Assembly: GCF_006345805.1 (NCBI RefSeq)
Contig: NC_042998.1
Coordinates: forward strand, 18,600,001-18,664,000
DNA: 64,000 nucleotides
From: Octopus sinensis
Lineage: Eukaryota
Direction: 5' to 3'
Shown: one piece after another, positions 36,468 to 47,345 of the stretch
Position numbering within the stretch: position 1 is the stretch's first letter
Layout of the letters: each line of letters opens with the position of its first letter
Made by a program: the position numbers and the translations under genes
Notes under the pieces: model-generated
Database searches by the model: none
What the model was told of the DNA's origin: nothing
Seen by the model: the letters and a program-made list of their open reading frames with translations, nothing else

Positions 36468-37940
36468 GTATGTATGTATGTATGTATATTTGTATCTATA
36501 TATATATATAAAATAAATACTCCTGCTTACTGTACATTCGAGTTCGACGGTAGCCATTGAGTTTTATTTGCTATTCAAGTTTAATCCTTACACTGATACT
36601 TTAGTAAATAAGGACATGTAGTGCACTTTGGTAAAGTGGCTGTTCCAGTTTTCTGTGTTTTAATATGGATTCCTCTCTTCTTTTTCCTTTTCTTATTTAT
36701 TTATTTCATGATCGGTAAATAAGTTCCAGTTACAAATAGTGGATTGCCAAATTGTTAGAACTTTGAACGAGTTGCCATGCAGTTCCGTATAAGTTCCCTG
36801 CAAGCAAGTCTTAAACACTAAATGAACTGAATAACCGGCCGATACAAAATGGTAATTGGTCGTCATACATAATTCGGCAGGGATATGCTTCGGTTTTGGC
36901 CAAGTTAATGGGTCGAGAGCAGTTCAATGGAAAGGAAAATGAAAAGCCAGACAAGTAAATTTTTATGTGGTTGCCATAGTTGTTTGAAATATCATTTAAA
37001 TATTCAGAATAATCCGATATATTGACTAGTGTAATCCGGGATAATCTATTCCTAGGGATGGTCATAACCTGAACAGATATATTACTAGCAAGCTCGACCA
37101 GAGTTGACTTCAGGAAATAAACAAATAGAACTTCGGTTACAGAGAATAGATTAGGTTTCTCTAGAAGGTCATATGAAAAATGCGTATTATACAACAGAAT
37201 CAAGATTGATAACATCTGGTTCAAGTTTTAAAAAATACATCTACATGTATTTTCCTGAAAAGCAAGAGAGGATGAAAAAAATATTTAAAAATATAATTTG
37301 AAGGTTAACGAGATAGAATTAGGTACCATTTCCTTTTTAGTTAATGTTGCTGCAGCTAGCTAAGATATTAAATGGTGGCAGTAATTGCTTCAGTATTCTC
37401 TTGACTAAATTACAATAAAGTTGCGATGTAAGGCCAACTGCTTCGCTTTGAGATTAGATATATTCTAATATATAACATTTCAGTTTAGCGTTTCCAAACA
37501 GTATAAAGAGATTAATATTATTTTTCTTTGTCTGTTTTATCAAGGAGGGGCTGTAATGAGTTCACAACATATATGCATACATACACAGAGAGAAAGGGAG
37601 AGAGAAAAAGACAAAAAGGCAGACATAAATACACATGCGTGCATGTAATGTAGTTGATTTCATCTATAAATAACACATGGGTGTATGCTTATAAGAGTGA
37701 TTCGCGTTAATTTTATATTTTCCTATAGTCTTTCCTGATCATGTATAGTATGTAATATTACCCACCAATTAGTCATCAGTTAGTAATTGACCAGTGTGCT
37801 GTGCTTCGTTACTTGCCAACGATATCTAGTACTCAGTTGCTTAAGTATGTATATATGTAGTAAGGATGTACATATTCGTTTTTCCTTATGCGTACGAATA
37901 ATAGAAACAGAATTTCAGTGTCTTGCAATTTGGTGGGTAT

Positions 37941-38575
37941 ATATTTCTTTATTGCCCACAAGGGGTTAAACATAGACAGGACAAGCAAGGGCAGACAGAC
38001 GAATTAAGTCGATTACATCGACTACAGTGCATAACTAGTACTTTATTTATCGACCCCGAAAGGATGAAAAGCAAAGTCGACCTCAGCGGAATTTGAACTC
38101 AGAACGTAGCGACAGACGAAATACCGCTAAGCATTTTGCCCGGAGTGCTAACGAAGATTTCGCAAATATTGGTTTCAAATTTTGGAACAACGCTAGCAAT
38201 TCTTGGTAAGGGATATGTCGATTACATTGACTCCAGTGTCCAACTGGTATTTATTTTATCTACGCAGAAATGCTGAAAGGCAAAGTGGAACTCAGAGGAA
38301 TTTGAACTCAGAACGTAAAGACGGACGTACTACCGCAATGCACGCAGGGCAAAATAAATACTTAGTGGTATTTCGTCTGACTTTACGTTCTGTGTTCAAA
38401 TTCCGCCGAGGTCAACTTTGCCTTTCATCCTTTCAGGGTCGATAAATTAATTACCAGTTGCTTACTGGGGTCGATGTAATCGACTGGTTCCCCTACCCCA
38501 ACATTTCAGGCCTTGTGCCTAGAGTAGAAAAGAATAACGTTAAGCAATTTACTCAGCGTGCTAACGGAGATTTCC
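37941..38575. mobile_element. Cluster of GGCGGCGAGC-family SINE pieces in both orientations
   Basis: Minus tail-A copy ~37941-38155, minus tail-B copy ~38165-38340, plus tail-B copy ~38365-38535. Confidence 0.8.
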
Positions 38576-38758
38576 CAAACATTAATAATTACTAGCATGG
38601 TTGAAATAGTTGAAAATGCATAAATCTAACTGACTTAGTAATAAATATGGGTCATAAGAGAGAATCGATATACTATCCACAGCAATAACTTACGGCAACT
38701 ATTTAAGAACGTCTGGATTGAATATTGGAGATTACTTATAGAAGAATATTTCTCAATA

Positions 38759-39170
38759 GGCGAAGGAGTGGCTGTGTGGTAAGTAGCTTGTTTACCAACC
38801 ACATGCTTCCGGGTTCAGTCCCACTGCGTGGCACCTTGGGCAAGTGTCTACTATAGCCTCGGGCCGACCAGAGCCTTGTGAGTGGATTTGGTAGACGGAA
38901 ACTGAAAGAAGCCCGTCGTATATATGTATATATATATGCGTGTGTGTGTGTTTGTGTGTCTGTGTTTGTCCCCCACAACATCGCTTGACAACCGATGCTA
39001 GTGTGTTTACGTCCCCGTTACCTAGCGGTTCGGCAAAAGAGACCGATAGAATAAGTACTGGGCTTACAAAAAAAGAATAAGTCCCGGGGTCGAGTTGCTC
39101 GATTAAAGGCGGTGCTCCAGCATTGCCGCAGTCAAATGACTGAAACAAGTAAAAGAGTAAAAGAGTAATA
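38759..39170 (+). mobile_element. Microsatellite-containing SINE, full length
   Basis: Head GGCGAAGGAGTGGCTGTGTGG; a further tail fragment GGCGGTGCCCCAGCATGGCCACAGC follows at ~39195. Confidence 0.92.
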
Positions 39171-39721
39171 AGTAAATAAAACTCAGGTAATACTGGCGGT
39201 GCCCCAGCATGGCCACAGCTCGTGAGCTGAAACTAGATAAAATAAAATAAAATAAATACCAAGATGATCCGGAATTGACTAAATTAAGAGTACACTTTTC
39301 ATGGTACTTCTAGTATAGTGGCTGGTGAGTGGAAATAGATTTTTTTTTATCTTAACAAGTATGTGGTCCCGCCCGTCTTTCAGCTGGCTTAACGGCACCA
39401 GCAGGCCGCTATGTATCTTTTGATCTGACTACACTCTGTTACAAGAATTGCGAACAAGTCTCCTGTCAGTGCCTAACTAGATGTCTTGATGTAACACTAA
39501 TTCCGGTTAGGGCAACCTACTGGGTATCTTTATAATTTTTTTTTTTTTTTGTTATTTGTTATATTCTATATCTTACTCAGACTTGACTTAGAAGTCTTGC
39601 GAGACGGCATGGCCGCGGCGTTTTCTTCCTTTGAGTAACAGATAACGAAAAGCACTGACACGAATAAATATACTAAGAATGGTGAACTCTGTGGAAGTTA
39701 TGTAGCTAAATATATATATAT

Positions 39722-39753
<32 letters not shown>

Positions 39754-39960
39754 AAATTAAGACTATAGACAAACATTTGCAGAGATTCCGTACGAAATAT
39801 CTTTCAGAATGTTGTCCTCTTTACAAAGTCTATGCTTATACACTAGATAAGAACAGCAATTATTCCTAGAAATTCGTTTCGTTTTCTTTATTTGCTAAAT
39901 AATTGTGTTGTGAACAATACTGAGAATTTAATAAGAGATATATATATTAATCACGAGGAA

Positions 39961-40190
39961 GGCGGCGAGCTGGCAGAAACGTTAGCACGCCGGGCGAAAT
40001 GCGTAGCCGTATTTCGTCTGTCGTTACATTCTGAGTTCAAATTCCGCCGTGGTCGACTTTGCCTTTCATCCTTTCGGGGTCGATAAATTAAGTACCAGTT
40101 ACGCACTGGGGTCGATGTAATCGACTAAATCCCTTTGTCTGTCCTTGTTTGTCCCCTCTGTGTTTAGCCCCTTGTGGGTAGTAAAGAAAT
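39961..40190 (+). mobile_element. GGCGGCGAGC-family SINE monomer (tail A)
   Basis: 23 bp TSD ATATATATATTAATCACGAGGAA at 39938-39960 and 40191-40213. Confidence 0.94.
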
Positions 40191-40349
40191 ATATATATAT
40201 TAATCACGAGGAAGAAATTTACAAAACAACACAAGTAAGGATGGGAAATAGACCAGCATCCAAACTGCTGTTTATAAAACATCTCAGTAAATGAAGCAAA
40301 GTGAGAAGTTAGGTACATACTTTACACACAAACACACACATATACATGT

Positions 40350-40502
40350 GTGTGTATGTTGTAAGAAGTTTGATACCCAACTACATTGCTCCAGGTTCAG
40401 ACCCACTGCGTGGCATCTTGGGCAAGTGTCTTCTGCAATAGCCTCGGGCCGATTAATGCCTTGTGAGTGGATTTGGTAGACGGAAACTGAAAGAAGCCTG
40501 TC

Positions 40503-40592
<90 letters not shown>

Positions 40593-40780
40593 TTGTGTGT
40601 CTGTGTTTGTCAACCGATGCTGGTGTGTTTACGTCCCCATCACTTAGCGGTTCGGCAAAAAAGACCGGTAGAATAAGTACTGGGCTTACAAAGAATAAGT
40701 CCCGGAGTCGATTTGCTCGACTAAAGGCGGTGCTCCAGGATGGCCGCAGTCAAATGACTGAAACAAGTAAAAGAAAAAGA
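40350..40780 (+). mobile_element. Microsatellite-containing SINE with a decayed head
   Basis: Left arm, (TA)n(TG)n centre and right arm are colinear with 42380-42780. Confidence 0.87.
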
Positions 40781-41115
40781 AATGAATATATTTACTTTGT
40801 TATTATTATTATTATTATTATTATGCTTAGATTGTGCTGCTTTATAACTATAATATACTTGGTCAACTGCCAAAGCAGGACGGATTGAAATGGTTGTGTA
40901 ATTATTATAATAAAGATACATAAAATATTGACAATTAATCTTAATATAATCTCCTACATATTATTACGTTATATAATTAAACGCTATGTCACTGGAACCT
41001 AGGAAAAACCTGCTATTCCAATCATGAATCATATAATCTCATTTGATTTATTATCATTATTATTATAATCATCATCATCATCATTAGCATCATTATCATT
41101 ATTATTATTATCATT

Positions 41116-41669
41116 GAGTGACAGAGCAGTGCATGACATCAAAGTGACACTGGGGTAAAATATACGAAGCCCAGTGTACCCATCATGACTACCCGTCTGT
41201 TAAGTGTACACCAGGCACATGCGTCACAAACAAAAGTACTCGACATGGTGATCTCATATCAAGATTAACAGCGCATGACCTTGCGGGTGGAGCCCAGTTA
41301 GAATTTTCTTCAGGCTGGGTAGCCCATCCCGCTCAAAAGCTCCCTGAATAAGGATTGTTTAAGGAGTTTGAATGAAACACCCATGTTTCCAAAGGTGAAT
41401 TATCCAAACCTCTAAGAATTCCTTTCAACACACGGCTATGATGCTCCCCCACTACTTTTGCTCATGAGCAGAGATCCACATATCGTCAGCCACTAAGAGA
41501 CATGCTCAACTGGTTAAGGTCAAACAACTGACAAGCAAATCTGTGGTACTGAGCAGAATATTTGCTGTAGCCCATCTTTTATACCAAGCCAAAACAATGT
41601 ACATGATAACACTTTCAATCAGTGAAGATGAGAAGCCAAGAGAGCCACTGCCTGACAATACATCAGGGC

Positions 41670-41672
<3 letters not shown>
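41116..41672. repeat. Unclassified interspersed repeat block bounded by (ATC/ATT)n tracts
   Basis: GC-richer block whose terminal pieces are duplicated at 41764-41862; class not determined. Confidence 0.4.
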
Positions 41673-41717
<45 letters not shown>

Positions 41718-42379
41718 GGTAGTGAGCTGGCAGAATCGTTACTGCACTGGACAAAATGCTTAGTGAAGCCATGAGAGCCACTGCCTGGTACTGCATCAGG
41801 GTATATTTAGCTGAATATTTGCTGTAGCCCATCTTTTATACCATAACAAAACAATGTACATGTATTATTATTATTATTTTTGTTGTTTTTGTGGTCGTCG
41901 TTGTTCTTTTTGCTGTTGTTGTTACTACTACTACTACTACATGCATTATTTCAATAACCATAATTAAACACAATGTTGTCAAGTAAAATACTGTCAAGCT
42001 AATCACCAACATCTACGGTTACTTTAGACAGTATATGGTATTGAAAATAGCTTCCACAGCCACATAAGTATAAATACACTTCACCCTATTTGTGTAATGA
42101 CGCAAAAGAAGGCTGAAATGAGCTGGTATGTTTGCAGTAGACATACCCCATGGGTGTTATCAATTCTTTTTTGAATTTGCAAACTCGGTAACAGTTCACA
42201 CACCAGAAGAATAATTCATCAACAGTCGATCGTAACAAACCGTTATCACTCGTTGCCTCCAAAATGAAGCAGAAATAGTAATTCAATGATTAAGTCAGTA
42301 AATACGTTGATCAAATAAATAAATAGTATTATAAAAATATATCATGATGAAATATAATTGATAAAAGAAGTCATAAAAA

Positions 42380-42780
42380 GGCGCAGGAGTGGCTGTGTGG
42401 TAAGTAGCTTGCTAACCAACCACATGGTTCCGGGTTCAGTCCCACTGCGTGGCATCTTGGGCTAGTGTCTTCTGTTATAGCACCGGGCCGACCAATGCCT
42501 TGTGAGTGGATTTGGTAGACGGAAACTGAAAGAAGCCTGTCGTATATATGTATATATATATGTATGTGTGTGTGTGTGGTGTGTGTGTTTGTCCCCCTAG
42601 CATTGCTTGACCACCGATGCTGGTGTGTTTACGTCCCCGTCACTTAGCGGTTCGGCAAAAGAGACCGATAGAATAAGTACTGGGCTTACAAAGAATAAGT
42701 CCCGGGGTCGATTTGCTCGACTAAAGGTGGTGCTCCAGCATGGCCGCAGTCAAATGACTGAAACAAGTAAAAGAGTAAAG
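42380..42780 (+). mobile_element. Microsatellite-containing SINE, full length and well preserved
   Basis: Head GGCGCAGGAGTGGCTGTGTGGTAAG, B-box GGGTTCAGTCCC, central microsatellite, right arm. Confidence 0.93.
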
Positions 42781-43419
42781 AATAAAGAGAATCTGAAGCC
42801 ATTTTGAAAGACCAATGATTTTTGAATGAACGAATAAATAAATCAAAGGTTCTGAAATGGAGCTTACTTAATGCCGGGTTTCGAAATATTTATTTTATAT
42901 AATCTTAAAAGTAAGTACTAATACAGAAATGATAAAGAGAAAGAGATTATTCTCCATATTGTGACAACTTTAATCAAATCATCGTGTATGCTTCAATACG
43001 ACAAAGCGATTAACTCTGTCCAACAGTACATACAGCAACATTCTGTGCATCCCGTATATTTGCACGAAAAGTAAGTAATATCATTTGAAACTTCACGTAT
43101 GGTTTGGAAAATAATCTGGCGCCAGCTATCTAGTGTCAGATTGTATTGCAAATAGAATATGCATATACAGACAGATGAACGGTTAGGAAGCAACCGGTCT
43201 ATTAGCGTTGTAATATATAAACACATTTAGATGCATTGAATCATGAAGGAAAAAGCTGAATGGCTCACAGAGTTTGAATTAATGACCAGTGGAAGACAGG
43301 CGATAAGTGATTGCGCTTACACTGAATGATATATTTCCATTCTCTGTTTCATCATTATTATTATTATTATTATTATTGCTATTATTATTGCTATTATTAT
43401 TATTATCATTATTATTAAG

Positions 43420-43630
43420 GTGGAGGACTGACGGAATCGTCAGCACGTTTGACGAAATTATTAGCGTTATTTCGCCCGTCACCACGTTCTGAGTTCAAAA
43501 TCAGCCGAGTTCGATTTTGCTTTTCATGCTTTCGTGGTTGATAAATTAAGTAGTAGTGAAACATTGGGGTCGATGTAATCCACTATTCTCCTCTCCATCA
43601 AATTTCAGACCTTGTGTTTTTAGTAGAAAT
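43420..43630 (+). mobile_element. GGCGGCGAGC-family SINE, tail B, diverged
   Basis: AAGGTGGAGGACTGACGGAATCGTCAGCACG...AAATTTCAGACCTTGTG..TTAGTAGAAA. Confidence 0.75.
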
Positions 43631-43645
43631 TATTATTAATACTTT

Positions 43646-44275
43646 TTCAGGCTAGTTGCCGTCTAAGCCCCAACAGCGTCAGCACTCTGGAAAATTGCCT
43701 GGGAACGTCATGCTCTTTACTGTTAGTGGGGATCTCAATGGAGTTTTAGATGTAAGGTGGTACTGTGTAGGTTTAGCAGATAGGAGAGGAGGGTGCAAAA
43801 GCTTCGCAAACCTGCTCAGACGATTCCAACTGTCTGACAAGGTATTGGCGAGCTGGCAGAAACGTTAGCACGCCGAGCGAAATGCTTAGCGGTATTTCGT
43901 CTGCCGTTACGTTGTGAGTTCAAATTCCGCCGAGGTCGAGTTTGCCTTTCATCCTTTCGGGGTCGATAAATTAAGTACCAGTTACGCACTGGGGGTCGAT
44001 GTAATCGACTTAATACCTATGTCTGTCCTTGTTTGTCCCCTCTGTGTTTAGCCCCTTGTGGGTAATACAGAAATAGGTATCGACTGGATTTCCCGGATGT
44101 GCCAGTGTGGACCTCGTGAAACTGCATCGGTCATCCAGATCATATTTAGACAGGATATTCTGTAGAGTAGCAGATAAGAAGAGCATAGGTCGTCCACGGT
44201 TTAAAGTAGTCGATTACACAGACCACAAATTCGTGATCTGTACAATCGATTTGGATAAGCGTCGTAGACAAGGGG
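43646..44275 (+). pseudogene. Decayed L1/Tx1-type LINE apurinic-like endonuclease fragment, split by a SINE
   Basis: FRLVAV*AP, then LENCLGTSCSLLLVGDLNGVLD and FANLLRRFQLSD before the SINE; RYRLDFPDVPVWT, RSYLDRIFCR and YTDHKFVICTI after it. These match the EEP-family motifs VYAP, GDFN, SRIDRIF and SDH. Confidence 0.82.
43846..44074 (+). mobile_element. GGCGGCGAGC-family SINE monomer inserted into the LINE endonuclease fragment
   Basis: AGGTAT at 43840-43845 and 44075-44080; removing the SINE restores the SDRYRLD reading apart from one extra A. Confidence 0.9.
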
Positions 44276-44465
44276 CAAAAATACCAAACGATGATTAATA
44301 ATGCGAAGGAGCATTGGAAACATTAAAATTGCTAACATTATCTCTCCTTGCGTGGGGCAGCCTATTTGAACTTTAACTGTATATAATATCCGTAAAATTG
44401 TATCCGCTTGTATATATCGATGTGCGTGTGTATACATATATATATATGTATGTATGTATATCTAG

Positions 44466-44504
<39 letters not shown>

Positions 44505-44589
44505 ATTGAATAAGGGTAGAAATTGATATTAATCACTTAAAACCAGTATTATTGAGCATATTAAAAAAATCTGAATATTAAAATATTTG

Positions 44590-44836
44590 TTACATACAAA
44601 ATTTAAAGGACTGACCACTAAAAGTGGACAGTCAATATGCTAGATATAGACGTCAAAATCGCTATTTTCCACGAAGAATGTGTTTTCAAGAAAAAACTCA
44701 GCTTTGGTTTTTTGCTGAGTCTTTTGCTGAGTTTTTTTCTTGAGAACACATTCTTCGTGGAAAATAGCGATTTTGACGTCTATATCTAGCATATTGACTG
44801 TCCACTTTCAGTGGTCAGTCCTTTAAATTTTGTATG

Positions 44837-44839
<3 letters not shown>
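44590..44839. repeat. Fold-back palindrome, 113/114 bp arms with a 23 nt spacer
   Basis: 44590-44702 is the reverse complement of 44726-44839 with two transitions and one homopolymer indel. Confidence 0.96.
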
Positions 44840-44872
<33 letters not shown>

Positions 44873-45701
44873 GTGTATAAGAAGCTGTATAACGTAAACA
44901 TTATATATTGATGTCACATACTTAACGTATGAGTTTTGTTTAACTATTTTGGCTGTGATACTTCTTTCTTGAAAAGTACCTTTAAAGATGTGTGTTGCAA
45001 AACACTATACTTGAAATCAAGACGAAAAGAATCGCCTCGGAGGTGAACGAGAATGACAGACATCAATATTTTGCTTATTCCACCTCATCGTGTAAAATAC
45101 ATTAGATTCGCCCTCCAGACGAATTTAAATCGCTGGTTCGAAGTAGATATAGTTTGCGTAAAATTTATCGCCTGGTGTGCAACAACCTCGAAGAAGCAAA
45201 TAGCAGTTACATTTTGCGCTGTATTTATTTAGTCTCTTTCATACATCCAACTCTGAAGCAAAGATGTATTCGTCAAATACTGAGACTTACTACAATGTCG
45301 AAGCTCTTCACTGATATTTGTTTAGATAAGATAGTATGAATTCCTAGGGGCCCACAAAGATATTTATCCGTATTTGTTACTGAGATTTATTTCACTTTGG
45401 TTTCATAAATGTGCTAATTTCAGAATGCGTTTCATTTCTACAAAACTCGCTTATATATTTCTACACGGTGCCTATATACACTTAAACATATTCTTATATG
45501 TGCATTTATCCGTATTTTACAACGGAGTGTCTTTGTGCAATCTTAGACTCAAAATCCTGGAACGTTAGTTGCTTTCATCTATGAACAAACTCATGCTCTG
45601 TACGTTTGGGCGCTAAAACCGAAATGAATATACATGAATAATTCAATATATACATATCCTTACACTTGTATACACGGGCATATATATATATATATATATG
45701 T

Positions 45702-45985
45702 GGGGGGGGGGCAATGGCCCAGTGGTTAGGGCAGCGGACTCGCGGTTGTAGGATCGCGGTATCGATTCCCAGACCGGCCATTGTAAGTGTTTATTGAGCG
45801 AAAACACCTAAAGCTCCACGAGGCTCCTGCAGGGGCTGGTGGCGGTCCCTGCTGTATTCTTTCGCCACAACTTTCTCTCACTCTTTCTTCTGTTGGCCTG
45901 CTTGCTCAGCCAGAGTGGTGGCGTCATTTCAAGGCTAAAAGAATGCGAAGCGCATTGTGACCAGCGATGTGCAGCAACATCTGAT
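45702..45985 (+). mobile_element. tRNA-derived SINE (GCAATGGCCCAGTGG head), tail type iii
   Basis: Head and body as at 1901 and 29800; different tail (GGCCTGCTTGCTCAGCC...GCAGCAACATCTGAT); sits in a (TA)n tract. Confidence 0.85.
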
Positions 45986-46967
45986 ATATATATAGATATG
46001 TGCTTATATTAACAGTCTGGCAGACATTTGCTAACGACTTTTCATAAAGCCTGATGAATGCTTGCACAAAATATACCGTATATATTCAGAATCTTCTGAA
46101 CGTTACAACCGCAAGATTTCCCTAGAATGTTTTGATATTTATATTGTAAACTGTCCTATATACATTTAGCGATGGGAGAATATAAAGCTTACAACGCAGA
46201 GATTTATACATAAATCCGGTAATTTTATTTCAGTTGGCTAACTGCGGTACTCGCATTCTCTCCCCTTTTCATGAATACCACAAACATCAATGGAATTCCA
46301 ATCAGTCTAACAAGAAACGTAAACAAGAAAACAGAAAAGAAACAATCGCAATGGAGCAACGATTCATTGATAAAGGCTATGCTCGGTGTGCGTTTGAAAT
46401 GTTTATTCCTGTTTTGATCTTTGGTAATAAGACAGCAATGAGCAAGGAAGACGAAATGAAGTCACGGAAAGGAAAAGATGAATAAGTAAAAATGGCTAGA
46501 GAAATACTTTTACGTATACGTTGGTTTTATGTAGATTTTCTTGCTTTAATCTAGAGGTCTTTTTCGCTAGAATGCAAGGAATATAGTTTAGAAATAGAGA
46601 AGAAAAAAGCAACAAATGGTAGCAAGTGAATATACATCCGCAAAGATTACCAAATTTCTCTAAATATTACCTTTGGTTAAGAATCGATTTTTCGTTTTCA
46701 TTTTATTTAATATATTACAACCAATAGATGCCATTTTCCCTGTCCCAGTGTTATATAATGTAATAAAGAAAAATTTACCGCAATTCCATGCAATTTTTGG
46801 TTTATTTTGGCTGCTGTCACAAATAAACCTTGCTCAAAGCGTATTCAAAATTAGCATTCGTATTATTGATAGTTATAATATTACGAATCCGGTTTGCTAT
46901 CCAGATAGTTTCTTTTTCCTCACCGAAATTGATTTTTACATAATATCGGTAGAATTAAATATACTAA

Positions 46968-47345
46968 TCTCTCTATATATAAAGCTGAAGTTGTCTCTGT
47001 ATGGCAGGTTTGGTAGCCTTCGACTAACACTATCTCCTCTGAGACCTTGCGGCGCAAGTTGACCAAAATTGAGAGTATGATAGAAGAAGGCTTGCTTTTC
47101 ATTCCGTAGAATCGGACCTTGTTAACACCAAAAATTATTTACATCAAAAAGTTGCTTTTTTTCTATGAAAATCCCTATTTTTACGATATTTTGACTGCTG
47201 TGTCGCCATTTTTCGGTCTATTTCATTCAGAAAATTGTTCACTTAAAGAGAATAACAAGATACTTAATGCAGAATGTTTACTTTTCAAAAATTCCAATTC
47301 TAAAGGGTCGAAACAAATCGGAGCAACGCCGGGCGATACTGCTAG
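46968..47345 (+). mobile_element. Non-autonomous Helitron-like element, copy 3
   Basis: A|TC start, colinear with copies 1 and 2 apart from a small deletion, ends GCCGGGCGATACTGCTAG. Confidence 0.8.

Noticed and set aside
42086-42286. Minus-strand exon candidate with AG and GTATGT signals
   Set aside because: The peptide is unrecognisable and there are no neighbouring exons to link it to.
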